This document shows positions 13,155-26,009 of a stretch of 64,000 nucleotides of DNA, piece after piece; position 1 is the stretch's first letter; each line of letters begins with the position of its first letter. The position numbers and the translations under genes are program-made. The stretch spans positions 84,541,446 through 84,605,445 of the forward strand of contig NC_057718.1 of the NCBI RefSeq assembly GCF_004010195.1. The letters run 5' to 3'. The notes beneath the pieces are model-generated. The model did not search any database, was not told where the DNA came from, and saw nothing but the letters and a program-made list of their open reading frames with translations. Source of the stretch: Chiloscyllium plagiosum (Eukaryota).

Positions 13155-13331
13155 GCTAGTACAATTACGACATTTAAAAGGCATCTGGATGGGTATATGA
13201 ATAGGTAGGGTTTTGGAAGGATATGGGCCAGATATTGGCAGGTGGGACTAGATTGGGATGGGATATCTGATCGGTATGGACAGGTTGGACCGAAGGGTCT
13301 GTTTCCGTGCTGTACATCTCTATGACTCTAT
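13155..13331 (+). mobile_element. CR1 3' tail
   Basis: ACATTTAAAAGGCATCTGGATGGGTATATGAATAGG...GGACCGAAGGGTCTGTTTCC...CTATGACTCTA. Confidence 0.85.
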
Positions 13332-13399
13332 AATTGCTCTTAGGTGCAAGCAACTTTGGTTGATTTTCCACATGTTGTAATTCTGTTTGTGGTACCTAA

Positions 13400-13670
13400 A
13401 ACAGCATTTACCACCTAGAAAGACAAGAACATCAAAAGCATGAGCAGACCACCATCTTCACGTTCTCTTCCAAGCCACATCTTATCCTGACTTGGAACTG
13501 TTTAATCATTCCATCACTATCATGGAAAAATCCTGGAACTTCCCAGCAGTGGGTGTACGTACACAAAATTAACTACAGCAGTTCAAGAAGGCAACTCACC
13601 GCAATCTTCTCTGGAACAATTAGAGATGTACAATAAATACCAGTGACATCCTTATTCTGCAAAAGAATAA
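13400..13670 (+). mobile_element. Old LINE 3' end
   Basis: CAGCAGTTCAAGAAGGCAACTCACC...CAATAAA 3' terminus; related minus-strand pieces at about 32830-33430 and 39545-39960. Confidence 0.5.
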
Positions 13671-14375
13671 ACAAGAGCAATTTAAGAAGGAGCAATAAGT
13701 GCTGACCTAATCAATTAGAATTTTAATCCTCATTATCACATCTGCTTAACCATTGCAAGGACCATCTTCCCATATTAAAATACAACACTCAAAAATTAAT
13801 CTTTATATATGATGAAGGGACATCAACAGGTAGCAATGAAAATAGGACACTCATATACAATAACACATATTCAGTACAAATGGTGCATGTACAGAATCTA
13901 CATATATTCAGTTATAGTATAACCAGCTTTCTCAGGAAGGATGGAAAATAAAAACGATCTGGGTTACTCCCAGATGATACTTATTAATTGAAATTTGTCT
14001 GTAATTAGAAACTAGGTTAGCAACCCCATTGACTGTAGAAAATTAGATTTGAGTTCTAATAAATTCTGATGAGATGCTATTTAGTAGCGTTGAAGGTTAT
14101 CAGTTAACATTGGGCCCACTTTGTTCCTTTCAGTGGCACAATTTGGTGAATGACATAAAATACTTATTGCAATTACTGGAATAAACCACAGGGACTGAGT
14201 AGCATTGTGAACTAGCCCACAGTTCATCGCTTGGATCCTGAATTTGAGTTTAATGCAGGTTGATGAGATGAGATTTTTCTATTAAAATCTACAGGAAATT
14301 GCAAATAGGATTTTGAGAAGGCTCAGTCTTGGTAGATACTGTGGCCCACAATTTGACATTAATTGGCATTAAATT

Positions 14376-15758
14376 CCAGACCAGTGAGCCTGACCTCGGT
14401 GGTGGGCAAGTTGTTGGAGGGAATCCTGAGGGACAGGATGTACATGTATTTGGAAAGGCAAGGACTGATTAGGGATAGTCAACATGGCTTTGTGCGTGGG
14501 AAATCATGTCTCACAAACTTGATTGAGTTTTTTGAAGAAGTAACAAAGAGGATTGATGAGGGCAGAGCGGTAGATGTGATCTATGTGGACTTCAGTAAGG
14601 TGTAGAACAAGGTTCCCCATGGGAGCAAGGTTAGATCTCACAGAATACAGGGAGAACTAGCCATTTGGATACAGAACTGGCACAAAGGTAGAAGACAGAC
14701 GGTGGTGGTGAAGGGTTGTTTTTCAGACTCGAGGCGTGTGACCAGTGGAGTGCCACAAGGATTGGTGTTGGGTTCTCTTCTTTTTGTCATTTACATAAAT
14801 GATTTGGATGCAAGCATAAGAGGAACAGTTAGTAAGTTTGCACATTACACCAAAATTGGAGGTGTTGTGGACAGTGAAGAGGGTTACCTCAGATTACAAC
14901 AGGATCTGGACCAGATGGGCCAATGGGCTGAGAAGTGGCAGATGGAGATTAATTCAGATAAATGCGAGGTGCTGCATTTTGGAAAGCAAATCTTGGCAGG
15001 ACTTATACACTTAATGGTAAGGTCCTAGGGTGTGTTGCTGAACAAGGAGAGCTTGGAGTGCAGGTTCATAGCTCCTTGAAAGTGGAGTCACAGGTAGATA
15101 GGATAGTGAAGAAGGCGTTTAGTATGCTTTTTTTTATTGGTCAGGGTAATGAGTACTGGAGTTGGGAGGTCATGTTGCAGCTGTACAAGACATTGGTTAG
15201 GTCACTGTTGGAATATTGCGTGCAATTCTGGTCTCCTTCCTATCGGAAAGATGTTGTGAAACTTGAAAGGGTTCAGAAAAGATTTACAAGGATGTTGCCA
15301 GGGTTGGAGAACTTGAGCTATAGGGAGAGGTTGAATAGGCGGAGCTGTTTTCCCTGGAGCGTCGGAGGTTGAGGGGTGACCTTATAGAGGTTTACAAAAT
15401 TATGAGGGGCATGGATAGGATAAATAGGCAAAGTCTTTTCCCTGGGGTGGGGGAGTCCAGAACTAGAGGGCATAGGTTTAGGGTGAGAGGGAAAAGATAT
15501 AAAAGAGACCTAAGGGGCAACTTTTTCACACAGAGGGTGGTACAGGTATGGAATGAGCCGCCAGAGGATGTGGTGGAGGCTGGTACAATTGCAACATTTA
15601 AGAGGCATTTGGATAGGTATATGAATAGGAAGGGTTTGAAGGGATATGGGCTGGGTGCTGGCAGGTGGGACTAGATTGGGTTGGGACATCTGGTCGCTAT
15701 GGACTGGTTGGACCGAAGGGTCTGTTTCCATGCTGTACATGTCTATGACTCTATGACT
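14376..15758 (+). mobile_element. 5'-truncated CR1 LINE (RT domain to 3' UTR), frameshifted
   Basis: ORFs with RPVSLTSVVGKLLE, SQHGFVRGKSCLTNL, SGVPQGLVLG, LFVIYINDLD and the CR1 C-terminus; (CTATGACT)n end. Confidence 0.95.
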
Positions 15759-17601
15759 CATCATTTTCAGAAATAATTTAAGAAGAGCTAATGCAGGTAA
15801 TGGAAAAGACCTCAGGAAGTTAGATAAAAATGTTCAGTATCCAGGCTCAGTGATAGCAGCAGCAGGATGCAGAAATTGGGCAAAAGCCTCAGCCCCTCCT
15901 GTCACAACTTCCAAGAGGTAGGGAGTTGACTGCTACCAGCTGGCTGCTCCTTGGTGGAAGCAAGAGGTTGGGAGAGGTCTGTGAAAAGGTCCTCGCTCAA
16001 ATCTAAAGTGATATTTGCTATAATCCCCAGCCCACTCATCCCTGTTCAGAATTGGAATGACCAAAATGTTTTTCTTATTTGCTTTGTTGCTGACAACAAC
16101 TTCAAAAACGGCCATTTAAATAAGGTAATGTTGGTGCAATTACAGTCAGTCTGTACCAGCAACAGAAGTGCCATTGGACTTTAGGATTTTATATCAGCTG
16201 ACCTACAAACATCTAACACCCCCACTGGGGGATCCTGGCTAGCAGCCTTTTACATTCTGTTGGGCCTTTAGCTGAATCCAAGGTTATATAACAGAGTACT
16301 GAGCAGCTTAATGAGTTGCACAGCCTTACAGAGCTAACTACTAAACTTCTAACAGCCAGCCGTTGAAGTAGGAAACCAGATACCAATATTTTACTTGATA
16401 TTAAATTCATTTACTTAACTGCAACATTACAAATTTCTCCTTAACTGACACACAGTGCCCCACAAGTACTTCTTTAACTGTATATCCTTGACCTTATTGT
16501 ACAATTAAGATGCCATTAAAATTTTTTCTTGTTTCCTTTAAAACTTTAGGGCACACAAGGAATATTTCAAAACATATCAAAGAAAAAGAAGACAAATGAT
16601 TTTCTGTGTTCTGTACCTCACATCATAATACAAGATATTCCTCTACTAGGATCTCCCAAAATCTGTCTATGCAACCATTCAAAAGCTCACCAGTGATGGC
16701 TTTTATCCACATATTTTGTTTTCGAGCTTTCTTTTTTTTCTAGCACCTTATTCCCACGATCAAGATTAATCCTTAACCTCACTTCAGTCATTCTCTTTGT
16801 CAAATATGTGTATCTTAAAAGGAGCAGTTATCCATAAAATGTTCAGTGCACAAGCTATTCTCAGAATGCCCCTTTATATGATTAATTCCTTCTGGGTTAG
16901 TCAGGGTTGGAAATCTGAGTGTACACTGCTTTAAACTTCATTTCTTTAACTTCTTATGTGCCTTCAACACTTCTCTAATAGTGATATATTTTAAAATGCT
17001 GTTTAATTTTAATACATTGGAGCACAATTCTTCGCCAATTAAACTTCTCAACCATCTGCTTCTTCCCTAGTTGTAGATCTTTTTGAATCCTATTAATATA
17101 TTCTAGGTTTAACTGTTGATTCAGGGGTATTCCCAACTTAGTCTGCCTAATATTAAAACCTGTGGACAGCCAGCTACTGACCAACTTGGGCACTGGGAAG
17201 AAAGTTAGGAGAATCACATTAAATCAGCAGGAAAACCAGACTTCCAATGATGAAATTAAAAATTCCTATTTTCCAACAATATATTGAATGGCGAGTTGAG
17301 ATTCTTACCAATGAGTGATGAGAGGCTTTTTCATTCTTATTCTCAATATTGGCTCTTCTCACCTGATGTATATGCAGTTTCCCATTCCCTCAACAACTCC
17401 AATCCCTCCACCCCACCAACTAAGCACTACCACCAGGGCACATTCCATGGGCAGGGACTGCATGCAGGACATCCAGTCCCCATTGAGAAAGTGGTGTGCC
17501 AATTTCCCCTCTACCCGACATGTCTGAGACAATTGCCAAGAACCGTGCAGGGTAGCTGCAGATTGCCAGCACCTGACTGGGCACATGACTAGGCTTTTTG
17601 G

Positions 17602-18190
17602 TTTGATTTATTATTGTCACGTACTGAGATACAGCAAAAAGTATTGTTTTCTGTGCTATCCAGACAAATCTTATCTTAGGTAAATACATCAGGGTAATAG
17701 AACAGAACACAGAATATAGTGTTACTATAGGTACAAAAGAAGTGCAGAAGAAGAGCAAGTCTACTATGTGAGAGGTCCGTTCATGTCTGATTACAGCGGG
17801 GAAGAAGCTGATCTTGAGTCTGTTGGCACGTATTTTCAAATTTTTGTATCTTCTGTCCTATAGAAGAGGATGGAAGTGTGTATAACTGGGGTGCGAAAGA
17901 TCTTTGATTATGTTGGCTACATTCCTGAGGCAGCAGGAAATGTAGACGGAGTTAATGGAAGAAAGGTTGGTTTTCATGATGGTCTGAGCTGCATTCACAA
18001 CCCTCTGTAATTTCTTGTGGTCTTGGGCAGAGCAGTTGCCATTCCAAACTGTGATGCATCTGTTTAGGATGCTTTCTATGGTGCATCTATAAAAATTGGT
18101 AACAGTCATTGTTGACATGTCCAGTTTCCTTAGCTTTCTGAGGAGGTAGAGGTGTTTGTGTGGTTTCTTGCCTGTAGCATTGATGTGGAT
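17602..18190 (-). mobile_element. Rex1/Babar-type LINE 3' fragment
   Basis: ORF 17858-18118 NFYRCTIESILNRCITVWNGNCSAQDHKKLQRVV...IIKDLSHP is the characteristic Rex1/Babar C-terminal region; tail GTGACAATAATAAATCA. Confidence 0.85.
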
Positions 18191-18826
18191 GGATAGGCTT
18201 TATAGGTGACATGGTACCAGGAATGCTGGAGATCCCAGCAGTGCCCAGTACCTCTGCCTGTGGTGAGGGGAAAAAACACAATCATTGGGATGCAAAAGGG
18301 GTGTAAATACTAAAGCAACTTTGGGAAAACAGTGTGAGAAATTTCACTAGGACTTATGGAGAGAAACCCTCCATGACACTTGCCAAAATTGCCAAAATTC
18401 AATGCTATATATTTAATAGCACCTGGGATCTGACTTCCAATTACGAATTCCATTATTAAGCTTACCTATCACTAATCTTTCCCAGAAGCAACTTGCCCAC
18501 ATTCATTAAGAAAATGCCTCAAGTTATCATTCGCAGTTCCAATACAACATTGCTGGATCGGCTTTTAGCTGAGTACAAGTTTTTAGTAGGAGAGAACTAA
18601 TGGAAAAATACCACATCCTGTATGCATTTATCCCATAGATACCTTCATAATTTAACATCTGTTTCTTCAGCTCCTTCTGGAGGCTTTGAATATACTTCCT
18701 TTTGAAACTGGTGCCCTTGCAGAAAATGCTTTTTTTTACATCAATGGCTGTACAAATTCATTAGTGTCTTGCTAAATGTGCTAGGAAAATCCGAAAACTT
18801 GTTTTCTGGCTGTTGGAGAGTCTCTG

Positions 18827-18946
18827 AGAGAAAGTGAGGGCTGCAGGTGCTGGAGATCAGAGCTGAAAATGTGTTGCTGGAAAAGCGCAGCAGGTCAGGC
18901 AGCATCCAAGGAACAGGAGAATCGACGTTTCGGGCATAAGCCCTTC
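18827..18946 (-). mobile_element. Short PLE-terminus-derived insertion inside the Copia RT
   Basis: AGAAAGTGAGGGCTGCAGGTGCTGGAGATCAGAGCTG...GACGTTTCGGGCATAAGCCCTTC; same family as 1251-1420; truncated within the ribozyme core. Confidence 0.8.
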
Positions 18947-19020
18947 ACTCCTTGTCTACCCTCACTCCTTGTTGTCCATTTGTTTCTCAAGTTTCGTAGC
19001 AAGTTTGGCCTTGGTTCCAA

Positions 19021-21692
19021 ATCATAGAATCGCAGACACGTACAGCAGGGAAACAGATCCAGCAAGGTTTTATTGGAACTGTGAATGATAACTCGAGGCA
19101 TTTTCTTAATGAATGTGGGCAAGTTTCTTCTGGGAAGCTCTGAAGCTTTTGAAAAATTGGTGATAGGTAAGCTTAATAATGGAATTCATAATTGGAAGTC
19201 AGACTCCAAGAACTATTAAATACAAATCAGATATCCTAAACTAATCTACTCCCATTTGCCAGCACTTGGCCCATATCCCTCTAACCCTTCCTATTCATAT
19301 ACCACCAAGATTCCTTTTAAATGTTGTAATTGTACCAGCTTCCACCACTTCCTCTGGCACCATCCTCTGTGTGAAAAAGCAGCTCCTTGGGGCCCTTTTA
19401 AATTTTTCCCCTTTCACCCTAAATCTATGTCCTCTAGTTCTGAACTGGAAGGAAAACACCCTGTCTATTTACCCTATCCATGCCCCTCATGATTTTATAA
19501 ACATCTATAAGCCCCTCAGCCTCCAAACTCCAGGGAAAACAGCAACAGTCTTTTCAGTCTCTCCATTAGCTGAAACCTTTGAACTCTGGCAACATCCTTG
19601 TAAATCTTTAATGAATCCTTTCAAGTTTCACAACATCCTTCCTGTAGCATGGAGAACAGAATTGCGCGCAATATTCCAGAAGTGGCCTAACCAGTGTACA
19701 GCACAGCCACAACATGACCTTCCAACTCCTTTACTCAATGCTCATTGCACTGACCCATAAAGGAAAGCATACTAAACACCTTCTTTACTATCCTATCTAC
19801 CAGCAACTCCACTTTAAAGGAACCTGCACTCCCAGGGCTCTTTGTTCAGCAATACTCCTTAGGACCTTACCAATAAATTTATAAGTCCTGCCCTGATTTG
19901 CCTTTCCAAAATGCAGCACGATACATTTATCTAAATTAATCTCCATCTGCCACTCCTTGACCCATTGGCCCATCTGATCAAGTTCCTGGTGTACTCTGAA
20001 GTAACTTTCATCGCTGTCCACTACATCTCCAATTTTGAAGTCATCTGCAAACTGACTAACGGCACGGTGGCTCAGTGGTTAGCACTGCTGCCTCACAGTA
20101 CCAGGGACCTGGGTTTGATTCCACCCTCAGGTGACTGCCTGGGTGGAGTTTGCACATTCTCCCCATGTCTGTGTGGGTTTCCTCTGGGCGCTCTGGTTTC
20201 CTCCCACAATTCAAAGATGCGCAGCTTAGGTAAATTGGCAATGCTAAATTGCCCATGGTGTTCAGGGATGTGGAGGTTAGATGCATTAGTTAGGGGTAAA
20301 TGTAGAATAATAAGGTAGGGGAAAGGGTCTGGGTGAGTTTCTCTTGGGAGGATTGGTGTGGACTTGTTGGGCCAAAGGGCCTGTTTCCACACAGTAGGGA
20401 TTCTGTGAATGCATACCTCCAATGTTCACATCCAAATCATTTATACAAATGATGAAAAGTAGTGGACCCAGCACTGATCATTGTGGCACACCACTGGTCA
20501 CAGGCCTCCAATCTGGAAGACAATCCACCACCGCTCTCTGTCTTCTACCTGCGAGCCAATTTTGTATCCAAATGGCTAGATCTCCCTGTATTCCATGGGA
20601 TCTAGCCTTGCTAATCAGTCTACCATGAGGAATCTTCAAATGCCTTACTGAAGTCCATATATATCAGGTCCACTGCATTGCCCTCATCAATCCTCTTCGT
20701 TACTTCTTCAAAAAGCTCCATCAAGTTGGTGAGACGACATTTCCCATGCACAAAGTCATGTTGACTATCCCTAATCAGTCCTTGCCTTTCCAAATACATG
20801 TCAATCGTATCCCTCCAACAACATGCCCACCACTGATGTCTGGCTCACCGGTCTATAGTTCCCTTGGTTTTCCTTACCAACTTTCTTAAACAGTGGCACC
20901 ACGTTAGTCAACCTCCAGTCTTCTGGCATCTCACTGGTGACTATTGATGATACAAATATCTCAGCAAGGGGCCAGCAATCACTTCACTCTTTTCCCACAG
21001 AGTTCTCAGGTACACGTGATCAAAGCCTGGGGATTTATTCACTTTTATGCATTTTAAGACATCTAACATCTCCTCCTCTGTAATATAGACATTTTTCAAG
21101 ATGTCACCATCTATTTCCCCACACTCTATACCTTTCAGATCCTTCCCCACATTAAACACTGATGCAAAATACTCGTTTAGTATCTCCCCATCTGCTTCAG
21201 TTCCACACATAGGCTGCCTTGCTGAACTTTGAGGGGTCCTATCTCTCCCTAATTACCCTTTTGTCCTTAATATATTTATAAAATTGCTTTGGCTTCTCCT
21301 TAACCCTATTTGTGAAAGCTATCTCTTGTCCCCTTTTTGCCATCCTGATTTCTCTCTTAAGTATATTCCTCCTGTCTTTATACTCTTCTAAGGATTCACT
21401 CGATTTCTGCAGTTCATACCTGACACATGCTTCCTTCTTTTTCTTGACCAAAAACCTCAATTTCTCTAGTCATCCAGCATTCCCTATACCTACCAGCTTG
21501 CCCTTCACCCTTCCAGGAACAGTCCGTGGGCACTCATTATCTCATTTTCCAACAGTCCCTTTATCTGCAAACGTCTGCTCCCAATCAACTTTTGAAAGTT
21601 CCTGCCTAATACTATCAAAAATGGCCTTCCTCCAATTTAGAACTTTTACTTTTACATCCAGTATATACTTTTCCATTATTATTTTAAAACTA
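19021..21692 (-). mobile_element. CR1 LINE (~2.2 kb of ORF2) inserted in the Copia RT, with nested SINE and inverted templated insertion
   Basis: Minus-strand ORFs LGPLLFIICINDLD, WVKEWQMEINLDKC and GEILNEYFASVF; 3' tail at the left end. Confidence 0.92.
20060..20410 (+). mobile_element. HE1-type V-SINE nested in CR1
   Basis: GGCACGGTGGCTCAGTGGTTAGCACTGCTGCCTCACAG head, V-domain and CR1-like tail; CR1 sequence resumes on both sides. Confidence 0.9.
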
Positions 21693-22380
21693 TGAAGTAC
21701 CATCAGGAAGTACTTTTTCCATATATATTCACTTATGAGGTAATGCTGGTCGTCCTTTAACTAGCACCCTTACATATACCCCAAATTCTTTCCAACTTCC
21801 AAGTTTTTTTCATTTTATTGCCTTTTACCCTTTCCTATCTAGCTTTGTCAGCCACTAGAGTTTCTCTATCATGAGGATCTTACTGCTTGCGGTGTTCCCC
21901 ACCTATTCTTCGGCTCTTGCTCTTGTTTAACCACATCCCCTACCAGGATCCTTGTTCCTGCCTGAACTATTACATCTCAACCTGCCACCAGACTTCCTTT
22001 CAGAGGTTCTTGATCTTTTCCTTGAACTAAGATCAGCATGAAGCTCAACGTCTGACCTGACATTATGTTTCTTGACTTTCCACAATTTTTATCTCCTCCT
22101 TTCAATCATTCGATCTGATATTCTGCTCCTTGTCTTGCAAATTCAGTCACCTTTTGTATTTCCTAGTGTTGCTTCCTGCCCTTCCTACTATGATGACTCA
22201 CTCGGTCCTCCTGGATGATTGATCTTTGTGACAAATGGCATCACTTGGTATACTCTTAGTCTGTTGTATTTCACAGCTGCTGTCTGCATAGGCACATCAT
22301 TGGTCTTCATCATTTGTCCAGACTCCATCAGCGTGCAATCAGTGGCAGTAAGAATGTACGCTATATGGAATGTACTCTAA

Positions 22381-23866
22381 CAGGTTGTAATTGCTTTCAG
22401 ATGCTAGGTGACATCATCAGTGAGCCTCCAGTGAAGTGCTGGTGTTCTGTCCACTTTCTATTTATTTGTCTTGGTCTATTAGGGTGGGTGATATCATTTC
22501 CAGTTCTTTTTCTCAGAGATTGGTAAATGGGTTCCAAATCGATGTGTTTATTGATGGATATCCAGTTTCTAGCCTCTAGGAGTTCCTGTGCATGTCTCTG
22601 TTTAGCCTGTCCTAGGATGGATGTGTTGTCCCATTCGAATGGTGACCTTCTTCGTCCATTTGTAAGGATACTAGTGATAGTTGGTCATGTCTTTTGGTGG
22701 CTAGTTGGTGCTCGTGTATCCTGGTGGCTAGTTTCCTGCCTGCCTGTCTGAAGTAGTGTTTGTTGCAGTCCTTGCAGGGTATTTTGTAAATGACATTCAT
22801 TTTACTGGTTGTTGGTACAGGGTCCTTTAGTTTCATCAGCAGCTGTTTCAGTGTGTTTGTAGAATTAGAAGAAACCTATAATATCATTAACCACATATTT
22901 ACTGGCATAAATTTCATCAATGAATAAGAGAACAACAACAGGCTCCCCTTCCTACATGGAACAAACAGTCAATGGAGGACTGCAGACCAGCATCTACAGG
23001 AAAGCAACACAGATATTCAATGACAGGAACAATCATCTCAACACCCACAAACGGAGCTGCAGGACACTATTTATACTTCCACAACATATTGCAGCACCCA
23101 GGAACTACGAGAAGCAGAAGAAAAATACCTATACAGAGTATTCAAGAACAATGAGTACCCGATAAACATAGTATGCCAATCCTTAAACAACAAACCCAAA
23201 AAGAAGATACAACACACCCAGAGACTCTCATCACATACCATACATCAAAAACATCTTTGAGATGACTACCAGACTACTCCGACTCCTTGGCATCATGGTA
23301 GCCCACAAACCTACCAACACACTGAAACAGCTACTGATGAACCTAAAGGACCCTGCAACAATAACCAGCAAAATGAATGTCATTTACAAAATAGCCTGCA
23401 AGGACTGCAACAAACACTACATCGGACAGACAGGCAGAAAACTAGCCACTAGGATACACAAACACCAACCAGCCACCAAAAGACATGACCAGCTATCATG
23501 AGTATCCTTCCACACAGACGAAGAAGGACACCACTTCCATTGGGACAACACATTCATCCTTGGACAGGCTAAACAGAGACATGCACAGGAATTCCTAGAG
23601 GCCTGGCATTCAAACTGGAACTCCATCAATAAACACATCGATTTGGACCCCATTTACCAACCTGGAATAGAACTGGAAATGATATCACCCACCATAACAG
23701 ACCGAGACCCATAAACAGAAAGTTGGACAGAACACCAACACTTCAATGGAGGTTCACTGATGATGTCACCTAGCATGGTGACGAAATGTCTAAGGACAAA
23801 CCTACTGGCTCAGCAAGCAAACTTACAACCTGAACCTCAACCTGAGCTAAAGATCTTCTCAAAAAT
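22381..23866 (+). mobile_element. Penelope-like element (RT C-terminus plus GIY-YIG endonuclease) with an inverted partial copy at its 5' side
   Basis: ORF 23262-23501 NVIYKIACKDCNKHYIGQTGRKLATRIH is a GIY-YIG motif; 22381-22862 is the reverse complement of about 23311-23832. Confidence 0.9.
23753..23794 (+). ncRNA. Hammerhead ribozyme core in the PLE 3' region, partly decayed
   Basis: CUGAUGA (23757-23763), U, stem II GUCACC/GGUGAC (6 bp), GAAA (23783-23786), U, GUC (23788-23790). Confidence 0.65.
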
Positions 23867-23999
23867 CATAATTACTTTAATAACTTAGTTTCTATGTTGC
23901 AAGATTATAGTTGTACCATCAGTGCCTCTACCTTTCTTGTCCGTTCTTTTTAGTCTTCCCTCTTAGAGTGTGCTATGTCCACAGGATTTAAATGCTTTT

Positions 24000-24465
24000 T
24001 TTTCCCAGGGGCAAGGTCTGTACTGACACTCTTACCCATTGTCTCTGGTCTTGTGGTAGGCTTCAAACATACTGGAATGCTGTGGTGGGTGCAATGGAGA
24101 AGATTCTGGGTGCAAGGGTGGAGAAGGACCCGATTTCTCTTCTTCTTGGCCTGCCCAGTGTGTTCCCTGCAGATGCGAATAAGAAAAAAAACTTTCAAAA
24201 TCCTCACTTTAAGTGCAAGAAAGAATATCTTGCTGGGTTGGGTATCTGAAAACACCCCCGGGCCTGTCAGGTTGGTGGAAGATTGTTATGGAGCATATCT
24301 CTTTGGATTTTCTCACTAGTATAGTACCCCACAAAACTGAGAATTTTTATAAGACATGGCAGCCCTTTTTGGAATATCTGGACACAGCTTTAACTGCCAC
24401 ACCATCAAGGACTTTTATATAGCTGTAACGATTATGTTTTAAGAGTCCAATATCCAGGGAGGAGG
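24000..24465 (+). mobile_element. L1-clade LINE ORF2 C-terminal fragment
   Basis: TLTHCLWSCGRLQTYW...DPISLLLG...ARKNILLGW...FYKTWQPFLEYL resembles the Cys-rich C-terminus of fish-type L1 ORF2. Confidence 0.75.
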
Positions 24466-24468
24466 AAT

Positions 24469-24708
24469 TAGAGTCATAGAGATGTACAACATGGAAACAG
24501 ACCCTTCAGTCCAACCCGTCCATGCCAACCAGATATTCCAACCTAACCTAGTTGGATTTGCCAGCATTTGGCCCCATATCCCTTTAAACCCTTCCTATTC
24601 AAATACCCATCCAGATGTCTTTTAAATGTTGCAATTGTACCAGCCTCCACCACTTTCTCTGGCTGCTCATTCCATACATGCACCACCTTCTGCATGAAAA
24701 GGTTGCTC
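24469..24708 (-). mobile_element. CR1 3' tail
   Basis: Reverse complement of the CR1 C-terminus and 3' UTR (VWNEQPEKVVEAGTIATFKRHLDGY). Confidence 0.88.
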
Positions 24709-26009
24709 CTGATCTTTTCTGAAAAGTCCACCTTAATAAATGCTATACTGTTAGCATGCATGGAATTTAGTTGATCTAATTGTAGCCCTTTCCAAAGTCT
24801 GGGGTTGGGGGTAATCCCACATGATGGAGAATATTTTTCGGATTCCTTCCAAAAATTAACTGATGGGCACTACAGACCCCAGATATCTGATTTTGTTTTG
24901 CATGTACTGGCTGTATTAAAGTAGTTGTCAATTAAGATTATTGTCCAGCATTTTGTTAATCATAGCATAATTTCTTTCTCAAATCTCATTACTAACGAGA
25001 CTTTCTGCTATCATGTGCATTGCTATAACATTCTAATTTTCACAAATACTCCTGAAATACTCATTGGAACGTTCTCCTTCATTGTCTGTTTGGCATGTAA
25101 TGATGATCCCCACCCATCTCTCTAATATGTTATCAATAATTTCACTGTAATCTTTTCTATAAATTACCACTAGACTAAACTTGGTCACTATGACCACAAA
25201 ATATAAAAGATAAATCTTTATTCCTTAAAGTCTATTGCTACAGTTTAATTAGAATTTATTTCCAGTGGAAGACTTACTACTGTTTGCAATTTCATTCTCC
25301 TATACTTTTTAAAACTATTACAGTTTTTGTGAATATCCTCAAAGTTTACCACATTCCTCATTGAGTACGTTTGCATCCTTTCAGAGAATTTTCAATTTGT
25401 GACATGATGGATGTAAAATCTTTCAATGTGGTTTTGAAATAATCGGCTTCTTTCCCTGTAAATCCTCATCCCCAATGCCATTTATAATACCCTAATGATC
25501 TGCTTAAAAATGGTAGGCCTTCTAATGGATTGCAATAAAGTCGTAACTGTGTGAATTGCAAATCTACAGATCTCCCAAAGACAAATCACTTTATTGTACT
25601 CCATATCCAACTTAATTTGGTGCTTTTTAAGTAAGTGGTCAATTAAAAGTAAAGGTATATCATCAGACACTTTGTCGGTACTTTTGATGTGATTTACCAA
25701 TGTTGTCTTGCACAGTATTACTATTCTTTTCGGTGATTTCAATGTATGGTCATCACTGATCCTAAATTAGTAGAACATCATATTTTTTGAAACAAGCAAA
25801 AATGTAAATTACTGGAGAAACTCAGCAGGTTGGCAACATCTGTGAAGCAAAAACAGTGTTAATATTTCAAGTCCAGTAATTCTCATATTCTTTGACCTTG
25901 TTTCAGTCTCCCAAGAATCTATGTAACACTTCAACTCTTTGGAGTTACACTCATTATCGAGAACTGTACAATTGAACAAATCTGTTACTCAATTTGATAC
26001 TTGTTACTG

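Noticed and set aside
16128..16510. Candidate 3' LTR of the Copia element
   Set aside because: Position fits, but I could not see similarity to the putative 5' LTR at 28888-29215, so it is not called.
18642..18715. Apparent minus-strand exon (AG|GTSFKRKYIQSLQKELKKQMLNYE|GT) of a coiled-coil protein
   Set aside because: Another frame reads FLQGHQFQKEVYSKPP, collinear with flanking Copia RT motifs, so it is transposon sequence.
25280..25765. 86 aa minus-strand ORF with exon-like boundaries
   Set aside because: Corresponds to the decayed protease end and pre-integrase region of the Copia element, with frameshifts.
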